Part shown: positions 1-9,969 of the stretch, piece after piece | Layout of the letters: each line of letters opens with the position of its first letter | How positions within the stretch are numbered: the first letter of the stretch is position 1 | NCBI GenBank assembly: GCA_965218695.1 | Contig: OZ244651.1 | Coordinates: 1,376,001 to 1,440,000, forward strand | Direction: 5' to 3' | Length of the DNA stretch: 64,000 nt | Source: Nitrosopumilus sp. | GTDB taxonomy: Archaea; Thermoproteota; Nitrososphaeria; Nitrososphaerales; Nitrosopumilaceae | Program-made: the position numbers and the translations under genes | Notes under the pieces: generated by a model | What the model saw: only the letters and a program-made list of their open reading frames with translations | Told to the model about the DNA's origin: nothing | Database searches by the model: none

Positions 1-1
1 C

Positions 2-979
2 CGTGACTCCGAGTACGAGCTGGTTCCAGGCACCATCACGATCCCCGAGATGATCGGCGCCATATCCCTGGTGTACGACGTTCCCGGCGTTGGTACTGGA
101 ATCAATATCACAGCAGAGGCGCTGTGCGACATGCACCTGGGCAAGATTACGTCCTGGAATGACCCCCTGATTGCCGATGCCAATCCTGACCTGGAGATAC
201 CCGATCAGGACATAGTCATAGTGCACAGGTCTGACGGATCCGGTACGACGTTTGCATTTACCGGCTACCTTACCAAGGTCTGTCCTGAGTGGGACGAGAG
301 GGTGGGGGCAGGCAAGAGCGTTCCGTGGCCGATCGGCGTCGGCGCTGCAGGCAACGAGGGAGTCGCAGGCGTAGTAGTCTCGACGGAGGGCTCAATCGGC
401 TATGTCACCCTTGCCTACGCGTTCCAAAATGATCTTGCCACGGCAGCCATCGAGAACGGCGACGGCACGAACTTTGTGCTGCCCACCCTGGAGAGCGCAT
501 CTGCTGCATCCGAGGGAGTCGCAGCCGCCCTTCCTGACGCATGGGAGAGCTGGAGGGGCGTCGACCTGCTGGCAGCACCCGGGGAGAACTCGTATCCGAT
601 CACCAGCTTCTCGTACCTCCTGCTGCATCCTGATCTGAAGGGCTCGGTAAACGACTTTGATCACGCAGTGGAGGTCGTGAACCTCATTGCCTGGATCATA
701 ACTGACGGCCAAGAGTACAACGACGACCTGCTATACGTGCCAATCTCAACACCCGTAGTCAACATCGGTCTGGAGGGACTCTCCAGGGTCACCTATGACG
801 GCCAGCCCGTATACACCGGCCCTGTCAGCGTTGAAGACCCGGAGCCAGAAGAAGAGGACAAGATCCCCGCATGGATACAGCAGGTGTTCAAATTCTACGG
901 AGAAGGACTGATATCTGATGACGAGCTGATCAACGCAATTACATACCTGGTGAACCAGGGTATCATCAAGCTGGAATAG
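2..979 (+). CDS. pstS: Phosphate ABC transporter substrate-binding protein PstS (5' end outside window) with thaumarchaeal C-terminal IPAWI...GII domain
   Basis: VHRSDGSGTT, GNEGVA, GSIGYV and YPITSFSY motifs. Frame is open from base 2 and the gene lies next to pstCAB. Confidence 0.93.
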   Translation, partial: RDSEYELVPGTITIPEMIGAISLVYDVPGVGTGINITAEALCDMHLGKITSWNDPLIADANPDLEIPDQDIVIVHRSDGSGTTFAFTGYLTKVCPEWDERVGAGKSVPWPIGVGAAGNEGVAGVVVSTEGSIGYVTLAYAFQNDLATAAIENGDGTNFVLPTLESASAASEGVAAALPDAWESWRGVDLLAAPGENSYPITSFSYLLLHPDLKGSVNDFDHAVEVVNLIAWIITDGQEYNDDLLYVPISTPVVNIGLEGLSRVTYDGQPVYTGPVSVEDPEPEEEDKIPAWIQQVFKFYGEGLISDDELINAITYLVNQGIIKLE

Positions 980-1086
980 CTGCAACAGCCTGTTTTTTAT
1001 CCTTCTTCTTGTAACCCTGCACCATTACAGACCGGATGCATCTGAATCCGGCCGGCCGGCCGGCATGCAGGCAGGCAACAACGACC

Positions 1087-2121
1087 CTATGCCGTTTCCG
1101 GGGAGTGATCCTCGATAATGACACTTTGAATATTCCTGTCCATTACCACCTCGGCAATGTCGCCCGAGTACTCTGCTGTCCTTCTGATGTCATCAAGGAT
1201 GAACTTGATCATCGTACCGTCTGCCGTGCTATCCATGGACGCCATCATCTCCTCCTGCTTCCCTATTATCTCCGGGACGTCATCCAGGATCCGTTCTGCA
1301 CCTTGATAGTCGTGCTTGATCAGGGCCTTGATGGCCCTCTCAAAGATGCCCAGCGCGTCTTCGCTCAACTCCGTGATCATCTTGCCGGTCTGCGCATCAA
1401 TCGGTTCTGAGGTGTACCGCACCCTCTTTGCAATAAGGACTCCGTGATCTGCTATCCTCTCAATCCTTGATATGATCGTCCTGTATATGAGACAGTCCGC
1501 CGGCCCGTCCAGCGACATCTCCTGCAGCATTCCTGCGTCCTGTACTGCCATGATCAGGTTTCTCTGTATGTACAGGGTAAACCGGTCCACCTCGTCGTCG
1601 GTTCTTATGATCTCCTCGGCACACGCCTTGTCGTTCTCAATGAACGCGCTTACTGCCTCCCTGTGTATGTTGACTGTCATCAGGTACATCCTCCTTAACG
1701 CAACATCAAAGGACAGTTCTGACAGACGGGTCAGTATCTGTACCACTACTGACTCTGAGTCCGTTTTAACAATCTCGGTTCCAATCATCGAGGTTCTTAT
1801 GAGGTTTCTGATGGCGCCGGTCTGACTCGGGTGCAGCCTTATGCCTCTTGACCTGATTGTGATGGACTTGTATCCTGCCAGATATATGGCAATTATCCTC
1901 CTCCTGATGGACTCCTCAGAATCCTTGGGAGAGATCACGGTGATGGCCTGATCCAGCATCTTCGACTCTGCTGGATCCGGCATGAATGTGAGGGAGTTGT
2001 TGCTGTTTCTGATAATCGATATGTCGTCTCCGGCATTCAGCTTTTGGTCCTTGACCCATGCCTTTGGAAGCGATACGATGTATGTGGAGCCGCCGCTGAT
2101 CTGAAGCTTGCGTGTATGCAT
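1087..2121 (-). CDS. Phosphate uptake regulator (AbrB-type N-terminal domain + PhoU domains)
   Basis: RKLQISGGSTYIVSLPKAW AbrB start, plus DDEVDR, ERIADH and RRTAEYSGDIAE PhoU repeats. Start placed at MHTRK. Confidence 0.9.
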   Translation of the reverse strand: MHTRKLQISGGSTYIVSLPKAWVKDQKLNAGDDISIIRNSNNSLTFMPDPAESKMLDQAITVISPKDSEESIRRRIIAIYLAGYKSITIRSRGIRLHPSQTGAIRNLIRTSMIGTEIVKTDSESVVVQILTRLSELSFDVALRRMYLMTVNIHREAVSAFIENDKACAEEIIRTDDEVDRFTLYIQRNLIMAVQDAGMLQEMSLDGPADCLIYRTIISRIERIADHGVLIAKRVRYTSEPIDAQTGKMITELSEDALGIFERAIKALIKHDYQGAERILDDVPEIIGKQEEMMASMDSTADGTMIKFILDDIRRTAEYSGDIAEVVMDRNIQSVIIEDHSPETA

Positions 2122-2149
2122 GTGGGGCTTGCCCGGTATCATGGGATGG

Positions 2150-2245
2150 TTTGTAATTTATAGGATATACTGGTATACTTGGCATTCTATATAGGACTAA
2201 TGCAGATCTATTGATAACGTAAACTATGGTCGTATTTTTTACAAT
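2150..2245. promoter_or_regulatory. AT-rich divergent promoter region between the PhoU-type regulator and pstC
   Basis: AT-rich gap between divergent genes with repeated TATAGGA motifs (ttataggatatac, ctatataggacta). Operator not proven. Confidence 0.4.
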
Positions 2246-2268
2246 CGGTGCGGTTCTGTCCATATCAT

Positions 2269-3252
2269 ATGCCAAGGGATCATCTTGCAGGCCGGATACG
2301 AAAGGAGGGAAGATCCCCCCTTGCCGACAAGATCTTCAAGGTGGGCACGACCATCGCCGGAATCTACGTGCTTGCCATAATCGCCATCATGGTTCTGCAG
2401 CTTGGCTGGGAGTCCGGACCGATCTGGGAGGAGGAAGGCATTGCAGGCTTCGTCGGGGGCACCGACTGGAACCCCGTGGAGGGGAGGGAGTCGTTTGGCA
2501 CCCTGCCATACATAGTGGGCACGCTGACAACATCTGCCATCGCAATGGTGATCGCCCTGCCGCTCAGCATCGGCATAGCGATGTTTGTGATGATAGTCCC
2601 CAAACGGATCGGCCAGCCCATGGGATATCTCATCGAGCTGCTTGAGGCGGTGCCAAGCGTAGTCTACGGGCTGTGGGGACTGTTCGTCTTTAGAATCTAC
2701 TTTAGGGACATAATCGAAAAGCCGCTCCATGACATGTTTGGCGACTCGATATTCCTGTTCTCGGGAACGCCGTTCGGACTCGACGTCCTCTCTGCAAGCA
2801 TCATACTTGCAATAATGATAATTCCGACCATATCTGCCGTGTCCCGGGAGGTGATGATGGCAGTACCACACCAGCAGAAGGAGGCCGCATACATGCTCGG
2901 CTCCACCACCTGGGAGATGTTCCGGTTGGCGGTGTTCCCATACTCCAAGACCGGACTGATGGGCGCCTCGGTCCTTGGACTGGGCCGTGCCATCGGGGAG
3001 ACCCTGGCAGTCACCATGCTGATTGGAAACGCCATCGGATTCTCTGCAATACCGCAGTCGCTCTTTCACCCAAGCCAGACCATGTCAAGCATCATTGCCA
3101 ACGAGTTTATCGAGGCATCCCCTGCATCCCTGCACCTGCCTGCACTGATTGGAGTGGGGCTTGTGCTGCTGCTGGTTGCGATGACGGTAAGCGTATTTGC
3201 CCACTATATAGTCGCGAGGATGATAAAGGTCCAGGAGGGCGGCGTCCATTGA
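2269..3252 (+). CDS. pstC: Phosphate ABC transporter permease PstC
   Basis: ELLEAVPSVVYGLWG, EAAYMLGST and LGLGRAIGETLAV motifs. Confidence 0.95.
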   Translation: MPRDHLAGRIRKEGRSPLADKIFKVGTTIAGIYVLAIIAIMVLQLGWESGPIWEEEGIAGFVGGTDWNPVEGRESFGTLPYIVGTLTTSAIAMVIALPLSIGIAMFVMIVPKRIGQPMGYLIELLEAVPSVVYGLWGLFVFRIYFRDIIEKPLHDMFGDSIFLFSGTPFGLDVLSASIILAIMIIPTISAVSREVMMAVPHQQKEAAYMLGSTTWEMFRLAVFPYSKTGLMGASVLGLGRAIGETLAVTMLIGNAIGFSAIPQSLFHPSQTMSSIIANEFIEASPASLHLPALIGVGLVLLLVAMTVSVFAHYIVARMIKVQEGGVH

Positions 3253-4181
3253 GCGTGACTCCCAGGAGCCGGCGGCGTGCGGAGATTCGCGCCATGTTCA
3301 AGTCAAACGTACGCAGGAGGCTTACAGTCGACAAGGTTATGATCAGCGGCATCACCTGTTGTGCATTTATTGCAATCGTCCCGCTGTTCTGGATACTGGG
3401 GCAGCTTGTAGTGGGCGGCGCACCCGCACTGACACTTGACTTCTTTACCCAGACGCCCGGGGCGATCGGCGCCGGAGCCATCAACATCGGACCTGCCATT
3501 CAGGGAACCCTGATAATAATCGGACTCTCGTCGCTCATAGGGATTCCCCTGGGGATCAGTGCCGGAATCTACCTCTCCGAGGTGGGAGACAACAGGATCG
3601 TCAAGCAGATCCGGTTCTTTCTGGACGTGTTCATGCAGATTCCCTCCATCGTTCTTGGCCTGTTTGCGTTTCTGGCAATCGTTCTGCTTTTGGGACACTT
3701 TTCAATCTGGGCCGGCGCATTTGCACTCTCGCTGATCATGTTCCCGATCGTCGCACGATCCACCGAGGAGCAGCTCAAGATGGTCCCATGGACGTACAGG
3801 GAGGCAGGGGTTGCACTGGGGATGAAGAAGGTCACCATTGCGTTTCGAATAGTACTTGCGACTGCAAAGCGCGGCATGCTGACTGGAATACTGCTGTCGG
3901 TATCGCGGATTGGCGGCGAGACTGCCCCCCTCATAATGACGATTCTGGGCAGCAGCCAGTTCTTCTCAAGCCTGGATGCGCCCATGGACGCGCTGCCGCT
4001 GAGAATATGGCGGTTCTCGCTGCTTCCTTACGAGGAGGCGCGTCTGGCAGGCTGGGGGGCCGCGCTCGTGCTGGTGATTATAATCCTTGCAATACATGTC
4101 GGCGTCAGGTACTACTTTCAGGGAAGGAGAGGCAGCAAAGGTTTATTGCCAAAGAGCATGGCAGGAGCAAACAAGGGATGA
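3249..4181 (+). CDS. pstA: Phosphate ABC transporter permease PstA
   Basis: [17 protein letters not shown] and RIGGETAPL motifs. TTG start overlaps the pstC stop. Confidence 0.95.
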   Translation: MSVTPRSRRRAEIRAMFKSNVRRRLTVDKVMISGITCCAFIAIVPLFWILGQLVVGGAPALTLDFFTQTPGAIGAGAINIGPAIQGTLIIIGLSSLIGIPLGISAGIYLSEVGDNRIVKQIRFFLDVFMQIPSIVLGLFAFLAIVLLLGHFSIWAGAFALSLIMFPIVARSTEEQLKMVPWTYREAGVALGMKKVTIAFRIVLATAKRGMLTGILLSVSRIGGETAPLIMTILGSSQFFSSLDAPMDALPLRIWRFSLLPYEEARLAGWGAALVLVIIILAIHVGVRYYFQGRRGSKGLLPKSMAGANKG

Positions 4182-5002
4182 CTGCTATACTATCACAGGA
4201 TGGCACTGCCAAACCTACCATGTTGTCCCCCCCAAAGCCTGAAGTCCGTTACAAGATGGTTACCGACGGCGTAAACGTGTACTATGGCGACTATCTTGCA
4301 GTCAAGAACGTCAGTCTGAAATTTCCCGAAAACTCTGTCACCGCGCTGATCGGCCCGTCCGGATGCGGCAAGACGACCTTTCTCAGATGCCTGAACAGGA
4401 TGCATGATATGACTCCCGGTTCCCGGGTGGAGGGGAAGGTGATGATTGACTCGACTGATCTGTATGATGGCAGCATAGATCCGATATACCACCGGCGAAA
4501 GGTCGGCATGGTATTCCAGAAACCCAACCCGTTCCCAACGATGTCCATATACGACAACGTCGTCTCCGGCGTAAAACTCAACGGGGTAAAAGACCACGAC
4601 ATCCTTGACGAGATAGTCGAGGACAGTCTGAAGATGTCCTATCTGTGGGACGAGGTCAGAGGCGATCTAAAGAAGCCTGCGATGAACCTCTCCGGCGGCC
4701 AGCAGCAGAGGCTCTGCATCGCGCGCGCGCTGGCAATCCAGCCCGAGGTGCTGCTGATGGACGAGCCCGCATCGGCCCTTGACCCAATCGCGACACAGAA
4801 GATTGAGGAGATGATAAGGGATCTGGCAAAAGAGTACTGCATCATTATCGTAACCCACAACATGCAGCAGGCAGTCCGATGTTCTGACTACACTGCATTC
4901 ATGTATCTGGGTGATCTGGTCGAGCATGGGGATACGGCACAGATCTTCCAGAATCCCAAAAACGAGCTCACTGCACGATACGTAGAGGGCCAGTTCGGCT
5001 AG
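4178..5002 (+). CDS. pstB: Phosphate ABC transporter ATPase PstB
   Basis: GPSGCGKT Walker [32 protein letters not shown] 4178 overlaps the pstA stop. Confidence 0.96.
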   Translation: MTAILSQDGTAKPTMLSPPKPEVRYKMVTDGVNVYYGDYLAVKNVSLKFPENSVTALIGPSGCGKTTFLRCLNRMHDMTPGSRVEGKVMIDSTDLYDGSIDPIYHRRKVGMVFQKPNPFPTMSIYDNVVSGVKLNGVKDHDILDEIVEDSLKMSYLWDEVRGDLKKPAMNLSGGQQQRLCIARALAIQPEVLLMDEPASALDPIATQKIEEMIRDLAKEYCIIIVTHNMQQAVRCSDYTAFMYLGDLVEHGDTAQIFQNPKNELTARYVEGQFG

Positions 5003-5142
5003 ACATGATTAAGGTGCACATGCTCAGGCCCGTCGCCGGCGTGGGCGTGAAGATGCAAAACTGCTTACAAATCCGTGCCTATACTGAAGATCAAAAGTTT
5101 TTACACAGGGTCTCACATTTCCGGCTGGCAAATTTGAGAATG

Positions 5143-5459
5143 TCAAGCTTGAACCGGATGGTTCGATAATACAATGAAACTGCCCGGTGCATGTCCTGAA
5201 ATGTCCGGTAATGACTCGTTTATCTGCGTGCACCAGAACCTGACCGAGTCCAGCTTCAGGATCCGCTCGTACGGCGAGATCCTCCTGAGTATGCCGCGGG
5301 AGCACGCGTGCGCCACCCCACTGCGCGCCCTGCTGTTCCCCGCGCGCTTGAACTGCTCGTAGGACACCAACCCGCTCAGCGGGATAATCCTTGATACCGC
5401 GGCAAGCACGCTGGACGTGTCGAGATCGCCGGACGCAGCACCTCGTAATCCGTGGTCAT
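5143..5459 (-). pseudogene. Degenerate ORF remnant between pstB and phoU, possibly the N-terminus of a thaumarchaeal tyrosine-recombinase-like protein
   Basis: MTTDYEVLR start then an apparent frameshift into ...RIIPLSGLVSYEQF...ISPYERILKLDSVRFWCTQI. Family resemblance is from memory only. Confidence 0.25.
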
Positions 5460-5537
5460 ACCTTCATACACCCGTTTGTATACAAGGACGACAAAAGCAA
5501 CGGCGGATTAAAGTATCAGAATCACGCTTAAACCTGT

Positions 5538-6188
5538 ATGGCAAGGTTGATGGATCCTAATCTTGGACAACTCTCCGCCTCACTGTCCGAGATGGGAGAT
5601 CTTGCAATCGAGTGCGTCGAGCTTGCAATAGACTCATACATCAAGGGGACCAACACCATCAACCAGGTCCGGGATCTCTCGGCACGCATAACTGACAGGT
5701 ATCATGATGTGGGAAACCTGATATTCAACACCATTCTAAAGTTCCAGCCGGTGGCATCCGATTTCAGGTTCATCCGTTCTGCAATCGAGATCTCCTACAC
5801 GTTCCACCGGTTTGGCCGCTATGCATACGACATAACGCTTGTACGCGACAGGTTCGGCGACATCTCATGCTGTAAGACAGGATGGCTGTACCAGGTGTCA
5901 AACGAGACGCTCCGGATGACCAAGGATGCCATGCAGTCCTTTGCGTTGCTTGATATTGGAAAGGCAAACATGATTCAGATAAACGAAGAGTATGTCGACA
6001 AGCTGTACCTTGAGAGGATCTCGATGCTGGTTGACTCCGAGGATACCCGCTGCGCGCTGGCCGAGGCCCTCTTGCTAAAATATCTTGAAAGGATTGCAGA
6101 TCACGCCCTGTTCATGAGCAGGGCAGTCAACTATATCGTGACCGGTGAGTACGGCCCGGAGGCTCCCCCGTCATCCCCTGCAGACTAG
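5538..6188 (+). CDS. phoU: Phosphate signalling complex protein PhoU
   Basis: QPVASDFR, RFGRYAYDI and YLERIADHA motifs, downstream of pstB. Confidence 0.9.
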   Translation: MARLMDPNLGQLSASLSEMGDLAIECVELAIDSYIKGTNTINQVRDLSARITDRYHDVGNLIFNTILKFQPVASDFRFIRSAIEISYTFHRFGRYAYDITLVRDRFGDISCCKTGWLYQVSNETLRMTKDAMQSFALLDIGKANMIQINEEYVDKLYLERISMLVDSEDTRCALAEALLLKYLERIADHALFMSRAVNYIVTGEYGPEAPPSSPAD

Positions 6189-6478
6189 CAGCACGCCCCG
6201 TCACACATAACCGGAATCTTCCTGCTGGCTTCCGTAATGTCTGCAATCAGCGCGGAGAGCTGCGGACTTGATATGCTGTACATGACCCTCTTTCCCTCGT
6301 CCCTCGATCTGACGATGCCGCACCTCTTCAGAGTCCTCAGGTGGTGTGAGACCAGCGGCTGGCCCTTCCCCGTTCTGCAGACCAGCTCGCCCACCGACGA
6401 TTCCCCGTCCTGAAGCATCGTTAGAATCTCAAAGCGCGCCTCGTCGCAGATGCATCTTAAAAGCCCGATCCCATTCAT
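6185..6478 (-). CDS. arsR: ArsR/SmtB family repressor with C-terminal Cys cluster (CDGACC)
   Basis: wHTH motif QPLVSHHLRTL, divergent from arsC. Confidence 0.88.
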   Translation of the reverse strand: MNGIGLLRCICDEARFEILTMLQDGESSVGELVCRTGKGQPLVSHHLRTLKRCGIVRSRDEGKRVMYSISSPQLSALIADITEASRKIPVMCDGACC

Positions 6479-6512
6479 ATAAATGTAAATTTATATAAAC
6501 TAATATTTATGT
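6477..6512. promoter_or_regulatory. Putative ArsR operator: two overlapping 8-4-8 palindromes
   Basis: ATATAAAT-gtaa-ATTTATAT (6477-6496, perfect) and ATATAAAC-taat-ATTTATGT (6493-6512, imperfect) fill the 40-bp arsR/arsC gap. Confidence 0.6.
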
Positions 6513-6518
6513 GATGGC

Positions 6519-6914
6519 ATGCCAAGAAAGGTCCTCTTCGTCTGCAGGGAGAATGCAGGGCGCAGCCAGATGGCAGAGGGGTTCGCCCGGAATCTTGCGC
6601 CGCACCTTGATGTCATGAGTGCAGGCACCGAGCCGGGATCAAAGCTGAATCCTGTAGTGGTGCAGGCGATGGGGGAGGTCGGGATAGACATTACACGGCA
6701 GAAGCCAAAGGCACTGACAAGCCGGATGCTCGGCGAATCGGTCCCAGTCAGCATGGGGTGCATTGATGAGGAGTCGTGCCCTGTGACGCTTGCCGAGGGC
6801 ATGGCTGACTGGGGGATAACGGATCCCCGGGATGCAGACATTGGGCAGGTCAGGAGGATTCGTGACGAGATAAGGGAGCGGGTTCTGCGCCTGATTGAAG
6901 AATTCGATGCATGA
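6519..6914 (+). CDS. arsC: Thioredoxin-type arsenate reductase (LMW-PTP fold)
   Basis: CRENAGRS P-loop plus MGC...CP distal cysteines and W...DP. Confidence 0.9.
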   Translation: MPRKVLFVCRENAGRSQMAEGFARNLAPHLDVMSAGTEPGSKLNPVVVQAMGEVGIDITRQKPKALTSRMLGESVPVSMGCIDEESCPVTLAEGMADWGITDPRDADIGQVRRIRDEIRERVLRLIEEFDA

Positions 6915-7591
6915 TGGCATACTCCAACCTTCAAATGTTTGCAGTGGAACTGGTAGGGACGTTTGTCCTCGTGGTGTTTGCAACCGGCTCGATAGTGCAT
7001 GATGCCCAGGTTGGGGGGCTGTACGGGGTCTGGATTGCAGCTGCTGCGCCGTTTGTGGCACTGATAATCGGGGTGTACTCGTTTGGACGGATCTCAATGG
7101 CCCACTTCAACCCTGCAGTGACCATCGGGTACTACATTACAGGACACATCACGAGGATCCAGATAGCGTGGTATTTTGCAGCGGAGATGATCGGGGCCCT
7201 GCTGGGCTCGTTGTTTGTGATGGGTGTGATTGGCAGCGAGGCCGACCTTGGGGCAAACGCGCCAAGCCCGGACTATCCGCTGTCTTTGGTGTTTCCGGTG
7301 GAGGTGCTGGCCTCTGCCCTGCTCATGGCAGTGGTATTTGCGGTGGTGTATACGAAGGGGCTGAGGGGGTTCAGCGGGATTGCAATCGGCGGAATAGTGG
7401 GGCTGGACATACTCTTCCTGTCCTTCATATCCGGGGCATCGATGAACCCTGCAAGGGCGCTGGCGCCCGCGCTGCTTTCAGGAACGCTTGATCATCTCTG
7501 GCTGTACTGGAGCGCGCCCTTTGTGGGAACCGTGATCGTCGCCGTCCTGTTTCGGGGACGGTTTGAACGGCAGAGGCGGCCGGAGTCGTAG
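6911..7591 (+). CDS. MIP family aquaporin/aquaglyceroporin, probable arsenite channel
   Basis: HFNPAVT and MNPARAL NPA motifs. Translationally coupled to arsC. Confidence 0.9.
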   Translation: MMAYSNLQMFAVELVGTFVLVVFATGSIVHDAQVGGLYGVWIAAAAPFVALIIGVYSFGRISMAHFNPAVTIGYYITGHITRIQIAWYFAAEMIGALLGSLFVMGVIGSEADLGANAPSPDYPLSLVFPVEVLASALLMAVVFAVVYTKGLRGFSGIAIGGIVGLDILFLSFISGASMNPARALAPALLSGTLDHLWLYWSAPFVGTVIVAVLFRGRFERQRRPES

Positions 7592-7747
7592 GCGCGCAGG
7601 GTTGGCGTTCGTGCCTGCACGTGAATGACGGTGATGGTGATGGTGTGGCTGCATGCCGGCCGGCCGTGTCCGGGAGGGAGAGGGGGGGGAGAAGGTGCCC
7701 GTGCCGGACAGGTACGATATGCCGTATTACGAATTAATAATGCCGGA

Positions 7748-9040
7748 ATGATACATCCGGTGTTGTCAAAGTCAGAGAGACTCTTTGGGAGGGCAAGGGG
7801 GGCTATCCCGTCCGGCGTCAACAGCCCCGTGAGGTATTTTGAGCCGTACCCGTTCTTTGTGAGGCGGTCTGACGGATGCCACATATGGGACGCAGACGGG
7901 AGACGGCTTGCCGATTTCTGCAACGGGTACGGGGCGCTGCTGCTGGGCCACCGCAGGCCGGAGATTATTCGGGCAGTGAATGCGCAGCTGGATCTTGGAA
8001 CGCTGTACTGCGCCCCGACAGAACAGGAGGTAATCCTGTCTGAGATGATTATCGGGAATTATCCGTCCATCGAGATGGTGCGGCTGGTAAACACCGGCGG
8101 CGAGGCCACGATGACTGCAATCAGGCTTGCAAGGGGATACACCAAGAAGAACAAGATAGTAAAGTTTGAAGGCTGCTATCACGGGGCGCATGACTCTGTC
8201 CTGGTCAGGGCAGGCTCGGGGGCTGCACACAACGGGATATCCGTGTCCGAAGGGGGGCTGGAGGAGGTATCCCGGAACACCCTTGTCGCACAGTACAACA
8301 ACTACGCCGATCTTGAGGGCATCATAAACGGGGATGACGACATTGCAGCTGTGATCATCGAGCCGATCATCGCAAACATGGGACTGATTATGCCCGAGGG
8401 GGACTTTCTAGAGAAGGTGAGAAGGATAACCCGTCAGCACGGCATCGTGCTGATATTTGACGAGGTGGTTACCGGGTTCCGGGTCTCGCCGGGCGGGGCG
8501 CAGGAGTACTTTGGAGTCCGGCCAGACGTTACCACTATGGCCAAGGCGCTTGGCAACGGATTTGCCATTGCCGCCGTGGGGGGAAGACGGGACATAATGG
8601 AGCAGCTTGCCCCTTCCGGCAGGGTGTACCAGGCAAGCACGTTTGCAGGAAACCCCATAGCCGTCAGTGCAGCCATTGCATCCCTCCGGGTGATCAACCG
8701 GCTCAAGGGCCGGCTGTACCCCAAACTGGAGAGAAACTGCCAGCGGTTCTCACGGGAGATTGGCGATATTGCGACTGACTACGGGATCCCCCATCAGATC
8801 AACTCTGCATCGTCCATGATGCAGATATTCTTTTCAGAGGAGCCTGTGACCGACTATGCCACTGCCATGGGTGCCGATGCCGGCAGGTTCAAGCGGCTCT
8901 TTGATGGGCTTCTCAAGGGCGGCGTCTTTGTTGCGCCGTCGCAGTTTGAAGTGGTCTTTCTGTCCAACGCACATGCCATCCATGACCTGAATCGCACCGT
9001 CGAGGCGTACAGGTCCGGCCTCAAAGCGGTGATGAATTGA
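7748..9040 (+). CDS. hemL: Glutamate-1-semialdehyde 2,1-aminomutase
   Basis: GVNSPVR, FEGCYHG, IFDEVVTGFR, PLP lysine in TMAKALG. Confidence 0.96.
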   Translation: MIHPVLSKSERLFGRARGAIPSGVNSPVRYFEPYPFFVRRSDGCHIWDADGRRLADFCNGYGALLLGHRRPEIIRAVNAQLDLGTLYCAPTEQEVILSEMIIGNYPSIEMVRLVNTGGEATMTAIRLARGYTKKNKIVKFEGCYHGAHDSVLVRAGSGAAHNGISVSEGGLEEVSRNTLVAQYNNYADLEGIINGDDDIAAVIIEPIIANMGLIMPEGDFLEKVRRITRQHGIVLIFDEVVTGFRVSPGGAQEYFGVRPDVTTMAKALGNGFAIAAVGGRRDIMEQLAPSGRVYQASTFAGNPIAVSAAIASLRVINRLKGRLYPKLERNCQRFSREIGDIATDYGIPHQINSASSMMQIFFSEEPVTDYATAMGADAGRFKRLFDGLLKGGVFVAPSQFEVVFLSNAHAIHDLNRTVEAYRSGLKAVMN

Positions 9041-9969
9041 GGTATCTCATCGGAACGCGCGGCAGCAGGCTGTCCCTGGCCCAGACGCGTTGGGTCATAG
9101 ACATGCTCAAGGGGGCCAATCCTGATTGCGACTACGAGGTGGTTCCGATAACCACAAGGGGAGATACCGATTCCAGGCCGCTCTTTGCAATAGACCAGAG
9201 GGGGATATTCGAAAAGGAAGTGGACAGGGCCGTACTCGAGGGCAGGGTGCATTTTGCCGTCCACAGCATGAAGGACGTGCCGTCAGGACTGCCTGAGGGG
9301 CTGGCCCTGGCATCGGTTCCAAAGAGGGAGCAGGTCAATGACGTGCTGGTTACGCCAGACGGCCATTCCATGGAGTCATTGCCAAGAGACTCGGTTGTTG
9401 GCACCAGCAGCCTGCGGCGTGCAGTCCAGGTGCGCCGGATGAGGCCTGATGTACGGGTAAGGCCGATCCGCGGAAACATCGAGACCAGGATACGAAAGAC
9501 AGACGGATCCTTTGACGGGGTGGTCCTTGCAGCAGCCGGGATCCGCAGACTGGGCCTGGATGTCCGATATGAGACGCTTCACACGGACGACTTCTCCCCG
9601 TCTCCGGGCCAGGGCGCCCTCGCCATGGTTGCCAGGGCAGATGACGAGGACACGATACGGATGCTTGGGAGCATCGAGGATCCCGATTCCAGGCTTGCAG
9701 CCGATGCAGAACGTGCCCTGTCCGGCATGATAGAATCCGGGTGCAGGTTTCCCATAGGCGCATACGCAAGGCCCGACGGGGACATGATGAGCATCAGGGC
9801 CCATGCATACTCTGTGGACGGGAGCGACTCCATCGTGGTTGAAAAGAGCGGCCGAAAGACTGATCCGGACAGGCTGGGTGCGGACGCGGGAATGGAGATG
9901 CAGAGACGGGGCATTAGCAGACTTGCATTAAATTGGAGGGCAAAGGTGGAGGAATGGAACACGAAATGA
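9037..9969 (+). CDS. hemC: Porphobilinogen deaminase
   Basis: IGTRGSRLSLAQ, AVHSMKD, GTSSLRR, IRGNIETR. Confidence 0.96.
   Translation: MRYLIGTRGSRLSLAQTRWVIDMLKGANPDCDYEVVPITTRGDTDSRPLFAIDQRGIFEKEVDRAVLEGRVHFAVHSMKDVPSGLPEGLALASVPKREQVNDVLVTPDGHSMESLPRDSVVGTSSLRRAVQVRRMRPDVRVRPIRGNIETRIRKTDGSFDGVVLAAAGIRRLGLDVRYETLHTDDFSPSPGQGALAMVARADDEDTIRMLGSIEDPDSRLAADAERALSGMIESGCRFPIGAYARPDGDMMSIRAHAYSVDGSDSIVVEKSGRKTDPDRLGADAGMEMQRRGISRLALNWRAKVEEWNTK

Noticed and set aside
7625-7747. N-terminal extensions of hemL, pstB, meaB, pepN and the CBS regulator in the ORF track
   Set aside because: They come from upstream alternative starts in low-complexity or overlapping sequence; the conserved domains begin later.
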